64,000 nucleotides of DNA from Methanomethylovorans hollandica DSM 15978 (GCF_000328665.1 NC_019977.1:2038011-2102010); one strand, 5' to 3'. Shown: positions 1-11,545, counted from the stretch's first letter. The notes: generated from the sequence alone by a model not told the origin. Program-made: numbers and translations.

Positions 1-584
1 GGATGGAGCCAAAACCCGGTTCCATGGGTAAGCCTTCCCCTATGTATGATATTGAACTCCTGAACGCACAGGGAAATGCCTGCGAGGTGGGTGAGGAAGG
101 AGAGATATGCATAGATACAAGTTTTAGTAACCCTCCTGGGATATTTGCAGGTTACCGCTCAGAACCTGAGAGGACGGCAGATGTGTGGCATGATGGTTAC
201 TATCACACTGGAGACATGGCTTGGAAGGACGAAGATGGATACTTCTGGTTCGTGGGCAGAGCAGATGATATAATCAAGACCTCCGGATACAGGGTAGGTC
301 CTTTTGAAGTTGAAAGCGCATTGATAGAACACCCGGCAGTACTCGAGTGTGCCATAACCGGTGTACCTGAACCCGTACGTGGGCAGGTCATTAAAGCCAC
401 TATAGTGCTTACAAAGAACTACAAGGCCAGTGATGAGCTGAAAAAGGAATTACAGGACCATGTGAAGAAGGTTACTGCTCCATATAAATATCCACGCATA
501 GTAGAGTTCGTACCTGAACTGCCAAAGACGATCAGTGGTAAAATCAGGCGTGTGGAGATACGCGACAAGGACAAAGAAGAATGA
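1..584 (+). CDS. AMP-dependent acyl-CoA synthetase, C-terminal part (5' end outside window)
   Basis: [24 protein letters not shown] and PKTISGKI adenylate-forming enzyme motifs. Confidence 0.92.
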   Translation, partial: MEPKPGSMGKPSPMYDIELLNAQGNACEVGEEGEICIDTSFSNPPGIFAGYRSEPERTADVWHDGYYHTGDMAWKDEDGYFWFVGRADDIIKTSGYRVGPFEVESALIEHPAVLECAITGVPEPVRGQVIKATIVLTKNYKASDELKKELQDHVKKVTAPYKYPRIVEFVPELPKTISGKIRRVEIRDKDKEE

Positions 585-657
585 ATGCGTCCTGTGGTGA
601 ACTATTTATAAGATATGTATAGTAGCAAATGCCAAAATACAGAAAGCTACAAATATA

Positions 658-690
658 AATGGCCTTTTCAATAAGGCCATTATTTTGTAT
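658..690 (+). terminator. Hairpin plus T-rich tract after the acyl-CoA synthetase
   Basis: AATGGCCTT (658-666) / AAGGCCATT (673-681) followed by ATTTTGT. Confidence 0.5.
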
Positions 691-746
691 GAACTGTTTT
701 CTGAGATTTGTTGATCAATGCATCTTGAGTATTAGAGGCTTGAAAT

Positions 747-986
747 ATGTCAGATTTCGTAGAAAAAAAGGATCCTTACCCGGTAATAAACATATTGGAG
801 TGTAAAGCCTGTGGACGCTGCATAATCGATTGTCCGAAGGACGTGCTTCGGATGAGTGAATGTCTTAATGAGAGAGGATACCACTATGTGGAATATGTGG
901 GTTCTGGATGTATAGGATGCGCTAACTGCTACTATACATGCCCTGAGCCTCTGGCAATAGAGATACACATTCCCCTCAAGGAATGA
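747..986 (+). CDS. 2x[4Fe-4S] ferredoxin, delta subunit of 2-oxoacid:ferredoxin oxidoreductase (VorC-like)
   Basis: Two CxxCxxCxxxCP motifs; first gene of the oxidoreductase operon. Confidence 0.9.
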   Translation: MSDFVEKKDPYPVINILECKACGRCIIDCPKDVLRMSECLNERGYHYVEYVGSGCIGCANCYYTCPEPLAIEIHIPLKE

Positions 987-1009
987 ATTAACCTAGCGGA
1001 GTTTTCATC

Positions 1010-2074
1010 ATGGTTACACAATTAGTGAAAGGCAACACTGCAGTTGTTATCGGGGCTTTGTATGCAGGATGTGACTGTTACTTTGGCTATCCAATAACCC
1101 CTGCCAGTGAGATATTGCATGAAGCATCCTCCTATTTCCCGATGCTTGGCAGGAAGTTCGTGCAGGCGGAATCAGAGGAGGCAGCCATAAATATGGTCTA
1201 TGGCGGAGCATCCACCGGCCACAGGGTGATGACAGCCTCATCTGGCCCTGGGATCAGCCTGAAGCAGGAAGGCATTTCATACCTTGCAGGCGCAGAACTA
1301 CCCTGTGTGGTAGTGGATATAATGAGAGCCGGACCTGGCCTTGGTAATATCGGTCCTGAACAGGCCGATTATAACCAGGTGGTCAAAGGAGGAGGCCATG
1401 GCAACTACAAGAACATAGTCCTTGCTCCTAATTCCGTACAGGAAATGTGCGACCTTACCATCAAGGCCTTCGAACTTTCTTTTAAATATCGTAATCCTGC
1501 ATTTGTCCTGGCAGACGGAGTGCTGGGCCAGATGGTGGAGCCGCTGAAGTTCCCCACAATTGCGGTAGAGCCACAGATAGATACTTCCTGGGCTGTGAAT
1601 GCTACCGCGCAGACAAGACAGAACCTGGTAACTTCCATCTTCCTGGACTTCAAAAAGCTTGAAGGATTCAACAATGAGCTGCAGGAGAAGTACAAGCTCA
1701 TTCAAGAGCATGAAGTTGACTATGAAGAATATATGATGGAAGACGCCGACATCATCCTGGTGTCATATGGTATAAGCAGCCGCATTTGCCGGTCTGCTGT
1801 GGAACAGGCAAGGAAGAAAGGTATAAAGGCAGGTCTCTTCAGACCCATCACCCTTTTCCCCTTCCCTGAAAAAGAACTGCTCACATTGGCACAAGCAAGA
1901 GATTGCACATTCATCTGCGTGGAGATGAGCAATGGGCAGATGAAAGATGATGTACTGCTTGCAACAAAATGCCTGCGACCTGTTGAACTTGTGAACAGGC
2001 TTGGAGGGAATCTAGTAACTTTCGACCAGGTAATGCAAAAGATAGAGAGTATTGCAACAGGAGGCTCAATATGA
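1010..2074 (+). CDS. vorB: 2-oxoisovalerate/2-oxoacid:ferredoxin oxidoreductase alpha-type subunit
   Basis: GYPITP, QAESE, TASSGPG, R.GPGLG motifs. Confidence 0.88.
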   Translation: MVTQLVKGNTAVVIGALYAGCDCYFGYPITPASEILHEASSYFPMLGRKFVQAESEEAAINMVYGGASTGHRVMTASSGPGISLKQEGISYLAGAELPCVVVDIMRAGPGLGNIGPEQADYNQVVKGGGHGNYKNIVLAPNSVQEMCDLTIKAFELSFKYRNPAFVLADGVLGQMVEPLKFPTIAVEPQIDTSWAVNATAQTRQNLVTSIFLDFKKLEGFNNELQEKYKLIQEHEVDYEEYMMEDADIILVSYGISSRICRSAVEQARKKGIKAGLFRPITLFPFPEKELLTLAQARDCTFICVEMSNGQMKDDVLLATKCLRPVELVNRLGGNLVTFDQVMQKIESIATGGSI

Positions 2075-3495
2075 AAGAGAAGGTAATAGGTAGACCTGCA
2101 GGTCTTTATGCCGAATTCCCCCGAAAAGGAGGAGCTGCTCCTACTGCAACTCACTACTGTCCGGGATGCGGCCATGGTATCCTACATAAGCTCATAGGTG
2201 AGGCTATGGGTGACCTGGAGATTCAGGACCGTACAGTGATGATCAGCCCAGTGGGCTGTGCAGTGTTCGCTTATTATTATTTTGATTGCGGGAACTTGCA
2301 GGTCGCACATGGCCGCGCTCCTGCAGTAGGTACCGGTGTTTCCAGAGCCCTTGATCATGCAGTTGTTATTTCCTATCAGGGTGATGGTGATCTGGCATCC
2401 ATTGGTCTTAATGAGACCATCCAGGCGGCCAACCGGGGAGAGAAGATAGCTGTATTCTTCGTGAACAATACTGTGTACGGTATGACGGGAGGACAGATGG
2501 CACCAACCACCCTCATAGGCGAGAAAACAGTGACGTGCCCCACCGGGAGAGACCCAATGTATGCAGGTTATCCCCTACACATGTGCGAATTGCTGAGCAG
2601 TCTGCAGGCACCCGTTTTCATAGAAAGAGTGTCTGTTTCAGATATATCTCACATCCGCAAGGCTCGTAAAGCCGTAAGGAAAGCTCTGGAGATCCAGCGT
2701 GACGGTAAAGGCTATGCCTTTGTGGAAGTGCTCTCCAACTGCCCTACGAATCTGAAGCAGGATGCAGAAGCAAGCACAAAGTTCGTGAACGAACAGATGG
2801 AAAAGGAATTCCCTCTGGGTAATTTCAGGGACAAGTCAGATGAAGTGGATACGCTGTGTCGCAATGGAAGCAATTTCAGTAAGGAAGCTATCGATATAGC
2901 TTTTAGCCTTGAAACAGAAGCATCACCTGACGCTGTGGAAGATCAGGATTTCGGACAGGTTTTGGTAAAGGTCGCGGGCTTCGGCGGACAGGGAGTATTG
3001 AGCCTTGGTCTGATACTTGCAAAAGCAGGATGCAGAGCCCAGAGACATGTATCATGGTATCCTTCCTATGGCCCTGAACAAAGAGGGGGTACAGCCAACT
3101 GTTCTGTAGTGATCTCAGGTTCTGCCATTGGTTCACCCATAGTATATGAGTCAAACATATTGATCGCCATGAACCGTCCATCCCTGGAAAAGTTCGCCAT
3201 GGACGTAAAACCCGGAGGTGTCATACTCTATGATTCGACCATAGGGGAATATGATATTCCTGAAGGAGTAAGAGGTATTGCGGTACCTGCCATGGAGATA
3301 GCCTGCAAGGCCAAGGCAGAGAAGGCCGCAAATACTGTAATGCTTGGCGTACTGAAGGAACTTGGTGTTACAAAACTTCCGGCAGATGCATTTACTGAGG
3401 CTCTGGCAGAGAACTTTGCAAGTAAACAGAAACTTATCGACATCAACAAGAAGGTACTGGAAGCAGGAGCGCAGTGGGTTAGAGATAACCTGTAA
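2071..3495 (+). CDS. vorA: 2-oxoacid:ferredoxin oxidoreductase, fused beta (TPP-binding) plus gamma subunit
   Basis: [12 protein letters not shown]...NN, YGMTGGQ, then gamma-domain AGFGGQG and [12 protein letters not shown] overlap with alpha gene. Confidence 0.88.
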   Translation: MKEKVIGRPAGLYAEFPRKGGAAPTATHYCPGCGHGILHKLIGEAMGDLEIQDRTVMISPVGCAVFAYYYFDCGNLQVAHGRAPAVGTGVSRALDHAVVISYQGDGDLASIGLNETIQAANRGEKIAVFFVNNTVYGMTGGQMAPTTLIGEKTVTCPTGRDPMYAGYPLHMCELLSSLQAPVFIERVSVSDISHIRKARKAVRKALEIQRDGKGYAFVEVLSNCPTNLKQDAEASTKFVNEQMEKEFPLGNFRDKSDEVDTLCRNGSNFSKEAIDIAFSLETEASPDAVEDQDFGQVLVKVAGFGGQGVLSLGLILAKAGCRAQRHVSWYPSYGPEQRGGTANCSVVISGSAIGSPIVYESNILIAMNRPSLEKFAMDVKPGGVILYDSTIGEYDIPEGVRGIAVPAMEIACKAKAEKAANTVMLGVLKELGVTKLPADAFTEALAENFASKQKLIDINKKVLEAGAQWVRDNL

Positions 3496-3617
3496 ATATG
3501 TAAATAAGATCCCAGGCTCCTTGCCTCTTTTTTTTCTTTTTCTTTAAATGAAGAAGTGCCTGGAAGTGTATCTCCTCTATTCAATTGAGTGCCTGATTGA
3601 ATCTAAAAAAGACGGGA

Positions 3618-3974
3618 TCATTTTTCATCTTTAAATGAAAAATCAGGAGAAGATAGTATCTGAGCAGTACCGAATACGCTATCCAATGGTACAACAAATC
3701 CTATACCGCATCCTGGTTCATTGATACCTATTGAATCCTTTATTGCCCCGATGACCTTATCTGTGATTTCAGCTTCGACTATTGTCAGAATTATTTCTTT
3801 TTCAGGTTCTATCATCAGGCCAAGCAGGCTTTTGTTCTCATGTACCCCGGTACCTCGACCAAACAAGATCGTGCCACCTTTAGCTCCTGCTTTTCGTGAA
3901 GCTCGCACAACTTTGTCTCCCCAGCCCTTTTTTACAATCGTTACTATCAATGAAAATGAATTTTCTTGTGACAT
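3618..3974 (-). CDS. PII-like signal transduction protein (DUF1538-associated type)
   Basis: GAKGGTILFGRGTG, EPEKEI, PG.GIGFVVP PII-fold motifs; 118 aa. Confidence 0.85.
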   Translation of the reverse strand: MSQENSFSLIVTIVKKGWGDKVVRASRKAGAKGGTILFGRGTGVHENKSLLGLMIEPEKEIILTIVEAEITDKVIGAIKDSIGINEPGCGIGFVVPLDSVFGTAQILSSPDFSFKDEK

Positions 3975-3978
3975 TGCC

Positions 3979-4683
3979 TCATCTCTTCTTATATTTCACA
4001 TATACACCAAGCAGCATAATAAATATGATAGGTGCCAAAGCCACCAATGCAATAAGCCCAAAACCATCCACTATGGCATTTCTTTCACTATGTGAAGAAG
4101 CCACACCCACAAGCATTGACATAAGGAATGATACAGCCATAGGACCGGTGGCAACACCTCCTGCATCAAAGGCAATACCAATAAAGTCTTTATCAGATAC
4201 CCATAGTAGCATCAAAGTTAACAGATATCCAGGAACAATGATGTATATAAAGGGTATTCCATATACTATTTTTACCATCCCGATAGCAACAAATACAGCA
4301 ACACTAAATGATAAAATGTAAAGCATAAGCTTTGCTCGTAGATATCCACTTGAAGACTGCTCAACCTGGTAACAAAGTACCCGCACAGCAGGCTCGGCGA
4401 ATGCTGTCAGAAAACCAAGAACAAAACCTATCGGTATCAAGATCCACATTTGTTCAATGTTCCCGAGGAATTCGCCGATCTGAAACCCTACTGGGTAAAA
4501 TCCATTGTAAACCCCATAAAGGAACAATATCATCCCTACAGCTGTCATTAACATGCCTATTAAGATCTTGACGACCTCAAAGGAAGGAAGTTTCAAATAT
4601 CTCAGCTGAAAAAAAATAAAAAATAGAATTATGGGAATAAGTGCCTGAAGGACCTCTATTGTGACATCTGTGATTCCTTCCAT
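3979..4683 (-). CDS. DUF1538 family membrane protein
   Basis: Multi-TM; AEPAV, AFDAGGVATGP, GFGLIAL motifs. Confidence 0.85.
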   Translation of the reverse strand: MEGITDVTIEVLQALIPIILFFIFFQLRYLKLPSFEVVKILIGMLMTAVGMILFLYGVYNGFYPVGFQIGEFLGNIEQMWILIPIGFVLGFLTAFAEPAVRVLCYQVEQSSSGYLRAKLMLYILSFSVAVFVAIGMVKIVYGIPFIYIIVPGYLLTLMLLWVSDKDFIGIAFDAGGVATGPMAVSFLMSMLVGVASSHSERNAIVDGFGLIALVALAPIIFIMLLGVYVKYKKR

Positions 4684-4692
4684 ATATTCTCC

Positions 4693-5388
4693 TCAGTGTG
4701 ATAGAATTCCTAAGATCATCAAGCTCAAAATTGGACCAAGAGATGCGAGTCCTATCAAGCCATAACTTTCTGAAAGTTCAGACTTGCCCCTAAGAACAGA
4801 AGATATACCTATTCCAAGAGCCAGTATCACAGGTACTGTCACCGGACCCGTAGTCACGCCACCTGAGTCGTAGGATATTGCAAGATACTCGGTTGGTGTT
4901 ATGAAGGACAGCAAAACTACCATCAAATAACCGACAAATAACATATGATTCAAAGGAATACCATAGATTATCCTGAGCAGAGATGCGGCTACGAAGAAGC
5001 CAACACCCAGAGATATAGAGAGTATCATCGTAGTGCGTTGTATACTACTTTCAGAGACTGATTCGATTACAGTGCTTAACACCCTAACATCAGGCTCAGC
5101 TACAGTTGCCACAAAAGTGAGCAAGAAACCGACGATAAAAACAAATATCACTGAGCCGTGCTTTGGCAGATCAGCGCCGATGGCTTCTCCAATGGGCAGC
5201 ATTCCTAGTTTCACACCCATCAGAAAAAGGCCCATGCCAAATATTACAAATAGAGCTCCTTTAAGAAAGGTAATCAAAAGACCGGTATCCGCACCCATGA
5301 ACAGCAACATAATTAACAAGACTGCTAGTGTTAATGGCAATGTTGCCTGTAGTACTTCCTTATATGTCTCTTTGAAGTCTTGTATCAT
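4693..5388 (-). CDS. DUF1538 family membrane protein (paralog)
   Basis: AEPDV, SYDSGGVTTGP, YGLIGLASLGP motifs. Confidence 0.85.
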   Translation of the reverse strand: MIQDFKETYKEVLQATLPLTLAVLLIMLLFMGADTGLLITFLKGALFVIFGMGLFLMGVKLGMLPIGEAIGADLPKHGSVIFVFIVGFLLTFVATVAEPDVRVLSTVIESVSESSIQRTTMILSISLGVGFFVAASLLRIIYGIPLNHMLFVGYLMVVLLSFITPTEYLAISYDSGGVTTGPVTVPVILALGIGISSVLRGKSELSESYGLIGLASLGPILSLMILGILSH

Positions 5389-5666
5389 GATATATTCCTT
5401 AAAGATGTGGTTTCATATATTATTTTGATATTTTAAAAGTCTTTCTATAGAGTAGAGTAGAGTACACATATAGTTCTGTTCATATTGAATTTTGCTATAA
5501 ACATAAAAGTATTAAAATGCTGTACAGGAATATAGATAATAAATTCAAATCAAAAAGTAAATAAAAAAAAATAAAGAAATAAAATTGGTCTGTTTATTGA
5601 GCTTTCTGGATTCAGGTATGCACCTGCTATTAAGAAAGTCCAACAGCAAAGTTTAACCCTTTATAA

Positions 5667-6107
5667 TTATGGAATGACCAGTACCGGCTTTTTTGCATGC
5701 CTTACCACATTCTCTGCAACGCTTCCAAGGAGAATATGCGTGAGTCCTGTGAGTCCCAGTGTTCCCATCACTATGAGGTCTATATCGTTCTCTGTAGCAA
5801 AATCCATTATTCCATCGGCAGGGGCTTTACTATCAATGATCACGCATTCCACTTCAACCCCTTCTTTCTTGCCCATTTCCACCACATATGCAGTAGCTTT
5901 CTCACCTTCTTCCTTCAGGTGGCTCTCCAACGCCTTTGCCCACATCTCACCACGCATAGCAACAGCTACACCTGCAGGAGGCACAACATAAAGAGCCGTG
6001 ATCTTGGCATCGTTTGCCTTTGCCAATCCTATACCCCAGTTAACTGCATTTTTTACATTTTCTGATCCATCAGTTGCTATCAGTATCGACCTTACATTTA
6101 CAGTCAT
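5667..6107 (-). CDS. Universal stress protein (UspA family)
   Basis: ILIATDGS and DLIVMG...LLGSVAENVVRHA.PVLV; start placed at ATG 6107 (MTVNV). Confidence 0.92.
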   Translation of the reverse strand: MTVNVRSILIATDGSENVKNAVNWGIGLAKANDAKITALYVVPPAGVAVAMRGEMWAKALESHLKEEGEKATAYVVEMGKKEGVEVECVIIDSKAPADGIMDFATENDIDLIVMGTLGLTGLTHILLGSVAENVVRHAKKPVLVIP

Positions 6108-6315
6108 AATTAATACTCCCAATATAGAGTTAAGGTTTGTATATAATATACCTATTGGTTGAATCCGTATCTGTAGAACTGATAGATAAAGCTGACAAGG
6201 AGTATATACGACCATAAGAAAAAAGAAAGAAAAAATAGTACAGATTTGTGTACTAATATCCGACCATCTTTTCAATTTCGATACGTATATAGATTATTTT
6301 GCAGTAAGACAAATC

Positions 6316-8373
6316 TTATGCACCTTCATAAGAACAAACTCCGGAGGAAACAGTATCAGCATCTCCTCCCAGGAAATTTCTCAGCTGACATAGCCTTTCA
6401 GGTTTTCCGAGTACAATTAGCAGATCACCTGATAGGAGTTGCGTATCACCCACAGGGTTCTCAATGATTTGTTCACCTCTGCGAATGGCCAGTACTGTTG
6501 CACCATGAATGTTCCTTAGATCCGCATCTTTGAGGGTACTTCCGTGAATGAGACTGCCTTCCTTGATCTTAAAAGATGTTACATCCAGTCCCGGGAGATC
6601 ATCTTTCAGGCTGAAGGTGTCCTTTTTAGTTCCAACGGAATGCTTTCTCAACATAGAGTAACCGTTTGCACGTATCTCCCTTGTGAATGAATAAATATCC
6701 TCTTCCGGTACAAGATATTTTTTAAGAAGACGACTGAATATTTCCACCGATGTTTCATACTCTTCGGGAATTACCTCATCGGCACCCAGCTGACTGAGGG
6801 TTTTGATCTCGCTCATATATCGTGTCCTTGCGATAATATAGATATCCGGATTCATCCTTCTTGCAACATCGGTTATTGCCCTCGTACCGATGAAATCAGA
6901 TATGCCTACTACAAGTACTCTGGCGGACTTTATGTTAGCAGAATCAAGAACAACTTCATGAGTTGCATCCCCATAGTAGATCCTTTCTCCCTTTTTTCGT
7001 TCATTGCGCACGGTTTCAGGGTTTGTTTCTATGATGACATAAGGTATGCCTGCAGTCTTTGCAGCATTAGAAACTGTTTTTCCATTGAATCCATAACCTA
7101 CGATAATAAGATGATCATCCAATTCCACATTTTCGTCTACAGGCATTGCATTAGTTGAGTATATACCCATGCTCTTTGCATACAGACCGTTGACCAATAT
7201 AGGATTTTTAGTCTTGTTAGTTAGTTTGTGCGAGAAACTGTGTGAGAAAGTCATCACAAAGGGAGTAGCTGCCATAGTTACTATGGAAACAGCAAGGAAA
7301 GCCTGATAAAGACTTTCATCGAGCAGCCCGTAAGACTTTCCAAAGCTTGAGAGGACAAATGAGAACTCACCCACCTGGGCCAGCGTCATCCCGGTTATGA
7401 TCGTGGTTCTCAGAGGATAGCCCAAAAGGAAGGTAACAAGCCCCGATGCCATAGATTTTACAAGTATTACCCCTGCAGCCAATGCCAGGAGGGTGAATAT
7501 ATTCTCCAGGAAAAAACCGACATCCATCAACATTCCTATGGATATAAAAAAGAAGCTTATAAAAACATCCTTAAAAGGCATCATGTTACCGACAGCCTGG
7601 TGACTGTACTCAGATTCAGATATGATCAGACCCGCCAGGAACGCTCCTAGAGCCAGTGATAATCCTGCTTTGGAAGTCAGCCACGCTGTACCGAACACCG
7701 TGAATATGATGGTCAAAAGGAAAAGTTCTCTGTTCTTGGTCTTAGCGATCCTGAAGAGCAGTGCAGGCATTATCCATCTAGCAGTGACAATCACAAACAG
7801 CATGATACCAAGCCCTTTCAGAAGAAAGGTGACAGGACTGTCTCCTGAAGTGGAGGGCACGCCTGCCAGTATGGGCGTGAGGAGTATCATGGGAACAATA
7901 ACAATATCCTGGAATATGAGTATGCCAAGGGAGATCTTGCCGTAAGTGGTGTATGTCTCTCCTTTTTCCTGAAACAGTTTCAGTACTATAGCAGTACTGC
8001 TGAGAGATACCAGAAATCCAAGGAAAAGAGCAGTGCTGGGACTGTGGCCCATATAAAGTGAAATATAGTAGACAAGTGCTGTAGTGATACCCACCTGCAA
8101 ACCACCGCCCACCAGCACGAATCTTTTGATGTCCCAGAGCTCTTTGATGGACATCTCAACCCCTATTGTGAACAATAACAGAATTATCCCTATCTCTGAA
8201 AGTACCTCTACCTGCTCCACTTCACGGATGATACCAAGGACATGAGGGCCTGCTACAATTCCCGTAACAAGAAAACCAAGAACTGGCGACAATTTAGCTT
8301 TATGAAAAACCAGCAAAATAAATATCGACAAACCAAAAATTATTTCAATATCAGTAAACAGTGTCAGATCCAT
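6316..8373 (-). CDS. CPA2/Kef-type K+/H+ antiporter with TrkA-N and TrkA-C domains
   Basis: LSSTAIV, ILIFQD, LGAFLAG, IIVGYG.NG, YGDAT, RCK-C tail. Confidence 0.9.
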   Translation of the reverse strand: MDLTLFTDIEIIFGLSIFILLVFHKAKLSPVLGFLVTGIVAGPHVLGIIREVEQVEVLSEIGIILLLFTIGVEMSIKELWDIKRFVLVGGGLQVGITTALVYYISLYMGHSPSTALFLGFLVSLSSTAIVLKLFQEKGETYTTYGKISLGILIFQDIVIVPMILLTPILAGVPSTSGDSPVTFLLKGLGIMLFVIVTARWIMPALLFRIAKTKNRELFLLTIIFTVFGTAWLTSKAGLSLALGAFLAGLIISESEYSHQAVGNMMPFKDVFISFFFISIGMLMDVGFFLENIFTLLALAAGVILVKSMASGLVTFLLGYPLRTTIITGMTLAQVGEFSFVLSSFGKSYGLLDESLYQAFLAVSIVTMAATPFVMTFSHSFSHKLTNKTKNPILVNGLYAKSMGIYSTNAMPVDENVELDDHLIIVGYGFNGKTVSNAAKTAGIPYVIIETNPETVRNERKKGERIYYGDATHEVVLDSANIKSARVLVVGISDFIGTRAITDVARRMNPDIYIIARTRYMSEIKTLSQLGADEVIPEEYETSVEIFSRLLKKYLVPEEDIYSFTREIRANGYSMLRKHSVGTKKDTFSLKDDLPGLDVTSFKIKEGSLIHGSTLKDADLRNIHGATVLAIRRGEQIIENPVGDTQLLSGDLLIVLGKPERLCQLRNFLGGDADTVSSGVCSYEGA

Positions 8374-8858
8374 ATAGTAGCCAATCAGTCCTGATTGAGC
8401 CTAAACTATAAAGATGTGTTGACCTGCATAAAATCATATAACCAAAGTTTGGCAGTTTCATTTTTTGGCCTTATAGAATTTGACAGTGAACTGGTTTCAA
8501 AACTTATTCTCCACTCATTTCATCAAAATTCGGTTAAATGAAATAAAAACAGATTATGTTTAATAATTTATCGTTGTAGTTAAAAATGAAAATAGTAGAG
8601 GTTTTGAATTCGATGCATCACAATAATTAAATATCATTAAATAAATACCCATATATGGGTGAGTTGTTCTTAATGCTTACATTGAAAAATGTGGCAAACA
8701 AGAGTAGCTTGTAACTCGTTTTCTCAGTTTTTTGGTTATACAATAGTAGGCTAAATAATTTTTTACTGGGAAGTAAGTTTACGACAGAAATGTGTACTTG
8801 TGAAAGTACGTAGCTCTGATCGAAGTATGTAAATAAATGGGAATAAATGGGGGTATAT

Positions 8859-9650
8859 ATGATGACTAATGAGATGAAATCATTTAAAGGATACCTTTCT
8901 GGAAAAAGATTACGGTTAAGTGTTGTTGCGATCATCCTGGGAATACTGGTGCTCGCACCATTGGCTGCGGCAGCAAAAAATCCGAATCCTGGTGTTTTGC
9001 CGGTTGATTCACACGCCTATGGGATGACTTATGGAGAATGGAGTGCAGAATGGTGGAAGTGGGCTTTTTCCATGCCTGCAGGCCAAAATAATCCTATCCA
9101 AGATACAAATGGAGATTTCGCTGCTGAAGGACAATCTGGAAAAGTATGGTTCCTTGCTGGTACCACGTTTGACTTGTCAGGACAAACTGTAGAGCGCTCT
9201 TGTGAGATTCCCGCTGGCAAAGCTCTCTTTTTCCCAGTAATTAATAGTGCCTTTTCGGAATTAGAGCTCGGTTTAGATAGTAGCGTAGATAATGAAGAGA
9301 CGTTGCGTGCTGCCGTCACTGAAGCAATGTATTACGTAACAGATATAGAGGCAAGCGTCGACGGTAAAGAAATAGAAGATCTGGAGAATTATAGAGTCCA
9401 ATCCGATCTTTTTGACGTAGTGATAGATCCAGAGACCATTTTTTTTGAAGTGCCAGACGATTGTGTAGATTATGAGACTGTTGCAGTATCTGATGGTTAC
9501 TGGATAATGTTAGCACCTCTTTCTGTCGGTGAGCACACAATTCATATTTACGGCAGAATGGATGGTGTGGATTCGGAGGATAAGCCTTGGGTTTTTGTTA
9601 CAGACGTGATCTATCACCTTACTGTTGTGCCCGGAGGTTCAACTAAGTAA
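8859..9650 (+). CDS. Secreted hypothetical protein
   Basis: Signal peptide ending AAA-K; YGEWSAEWWKW, VWFLAGT, IPAGKALFFPVIN, VSDGYWIML.PL motifs; exact start uncertain (8847-8874). Confidence 0.8.
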   Translation: MMTNEMKSFKGYLSGKRLRLSVVAIILGILVLAPLAAAAKNPNPGVLPVDSHAYGMTYGEWSAEWWKWAFSMPAGQNNPIQDTNGDFAAEGQSGKVWFLAGTTFDLSGQTVERSCEIPAGKALFFPVINSAFSELELGLDSSVDNEETLRAAVTEAMYYVTDIEASVDGKEIEDLENYRVQSDLFDVVIDPETIFFEVPDDCVDYETVAVSDGYWIMLAPLSVGEHTIHIYGRMDGVDSEDKPWVFVTDVIYHLTVVPGGSTK

Positions 9651-9704
9651 GTGATGGCAAACATCGAGAGTATGGAAATTATCTCAACAAAAGGGGGAGA
9701 AAAA

Positions 9705-9813
9705 ATGTTGTATATGGAGATAATTACATGGGACCCAAAGGATGATATGGAAACTGCTAAGCGCTATGCTGAATAAGTTCATGGAGATTGCTGCAAAATT
9801 TGGGGAAATGTGA
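9705..9813 (+). pseudogene. Remnant of a small DUF3303-like gene
   Basis: RBS GGGGGAG then MLYMEIITWDPKDDMETAKRYAE-stop (9705-9776), followed by an out-of-frame C-terminal-like piece MEIAAKFGEM. Confidence 0.45.
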
Positions 9814-10097
9814 CTACCTTCGTATATTCTTGACAATATACTCAGAAGTAACACTTTCCTTCACTTTTTTTATTTATAACATGGGTTCGCCATGACAAAA
9901 AACAATTAGGGAGTGGATGATATGAATCAAGATGTTAAGGTCCGAATGAATTGGCTGAAGGGGATGTATATTTATACCATCATTGGAGATATCATCGCAA
10001 TTCCTTGTGCTTACATTTTTGCGAAAGAACAGTAGGTTCGTTTTTATTACTTTTTTCATTTTTTCTTTTTTTAGATAGGTTTTCCACAGAGCCGGTA

Positions 10098-11390
10098 TTA
10101 CTTTATCCTCTGAGCCATCTGTCCCATGACAAAAGAACCTTCCATCAACTTGTTCTTTAGTTCTTCAGCCATCTTCTGTGCTCTTTTGCGGTCAGATTGG
10201 CGTAGTACAATAGGTACTTCCCTGTAGCTGTCTGCATCATAACAATTCAACTTTGTCTTGATATTTCCAAGCTTTGCAATGAATACGCCTGCAGGACATA
10301 GAGTGGAGCAAAGACCACAATTAAAACAAAGATACCTGTCAAGCACAAGCTTGCCTTTATTCCTATGTATGGCATCCATGGGACAGTTTTCTTTGGCTTC
10401 ACATGTTGTACATTGAATGCATGCAGATGGATCAAAACGAACATCAAGGTCCACATTCTGCCAGACATCCCCATAGCACGCCTGACCTATGGGCTTTCTG
10501 CGAGCAACATCCATTACAGGAAGAGGTATATCTTCATCTGTGGCCTTGATAGCATCCAGCACAGACTGACTTGTCACTGGTATGGGAATAGCCCAGGAAA
10601 CAATGCATTCTGGTCCGGAACTGGTGGTAAAACCACCCATTAGCTGAGGGTCCATGCCATGCATATCCGCAAATCCTGTGAGGTTTGGTTTTGCTGCACT
10701 ACTACGAGTACCATCGCCTATGACAAAACCCTCACTACCATTCATAAGGAAACGCGTACCAATGCCAATGGTTTCCAGCAGAGGGTCATTCTTAACAGGA
10801 TTTATCTCTCCGCAGCCGGATACAGTAGCTCCTGAAAGTTCGGGACTGAAACCCATTGCATGAAAGATGGTGTGAACTGCCTCAGAAGAACAATTAACAA
10901 ATGCAGAGTAGTTCTTGAAGCAGTGTCTGGTCCCGAACAGGCGGGCAAAAGGTACATGGTCCAGAGTAATGCCTGAGGTGAAAGTATCATGCTCATCAGT
11001 GATCACAGAAACCTCGATCTCTTTTTGCTGCACCATATCCCGGAAAAGATGACCAGCACCGTAGTCTGGCCTGAGGCCGGAATGAGAGGTCCCAAAGACC
11101 ATAAGATCAAGTATGCCCAGCCTCTCATTAGGACAGGGGCCTGCAAAAGCAGGTACACCATTCAGGAATATCTTTTTCGCCCGTGTGAACTGCCGCGGAG
11201 CTTCAATGGGAAATGACATAACTGCATAAGTACCGCTCATTATTGCCCTTGTGGCTGTGGTAACCACATCCACATCTTCCATTCTTATATCCTTACCCTC
11301 TCTGACAAGCTGACAGATCTCGTGGGCGGTCATGACCACAGCTTCTTTCCTGCTGATCTTGGAACATATCTCTTCCACAGTACGTTGCAT
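10098..11390 (-). CDS. Methanogenesis marker 16 metalloprotein (DUF39 homocysteine-synthase-like plus ferredoxin domain)
   Basis: DVVTTATRAIMSGT, GPCPNE, SGCGEINP, GTRS and two C-terminal Fe-S motifs. Confidence 0.85.
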   Translation of the reverse strand: MQRTVEEICSKISRKEAVVMTAHEICQLVREGKDIRMEDVDVVTTATRAIMSGTYAVMSFPIEAPRQFTRAKKIFLNGVPAFAGPCPNERLGILDLMVFGTSHSGLRPDYGAGHLFRDMVQQKEIEVSVITDEHDTFTSGITLDHVPFARLFGTRHCFKNYSAFVNCSSEAVHTIFHAMGFSPELSGATVSGCGEINPVKNDPLLETIGIGTRFLMNGSEGFVIGDGTRSSAAKPNLTGFADMHGMDPQLMGGFTTSSGPECIVSWAIPIPVTSQSVLDAIKATDEDIPLPVMDVARRKPIGQACYGDVWQNVDLDVRFDPSACIQCTTCEAKENCPMDAIHRNKGKLVLDRYLCFNCGLCSTLCPAGVFIAKLGNIKTKLNCYDADSYREVPIVLRQSDRKRAQKMAEELKNKLMEGSFVMGQMAQRIK

Positions 11391-11545
11391 GGCCTTATTC
11401 CCCTTTATGATTCCAATATCCGATCTGATTCGGAATTAAGCACCCAGTATGTTGTTATTTAATGGTGAAACTATCAAACACAGAAACAAAATCCAGGATC
11501 CGGGTGTCTGTAAGGATCATTGGATGAAGAACATTAGCCCTCTTT

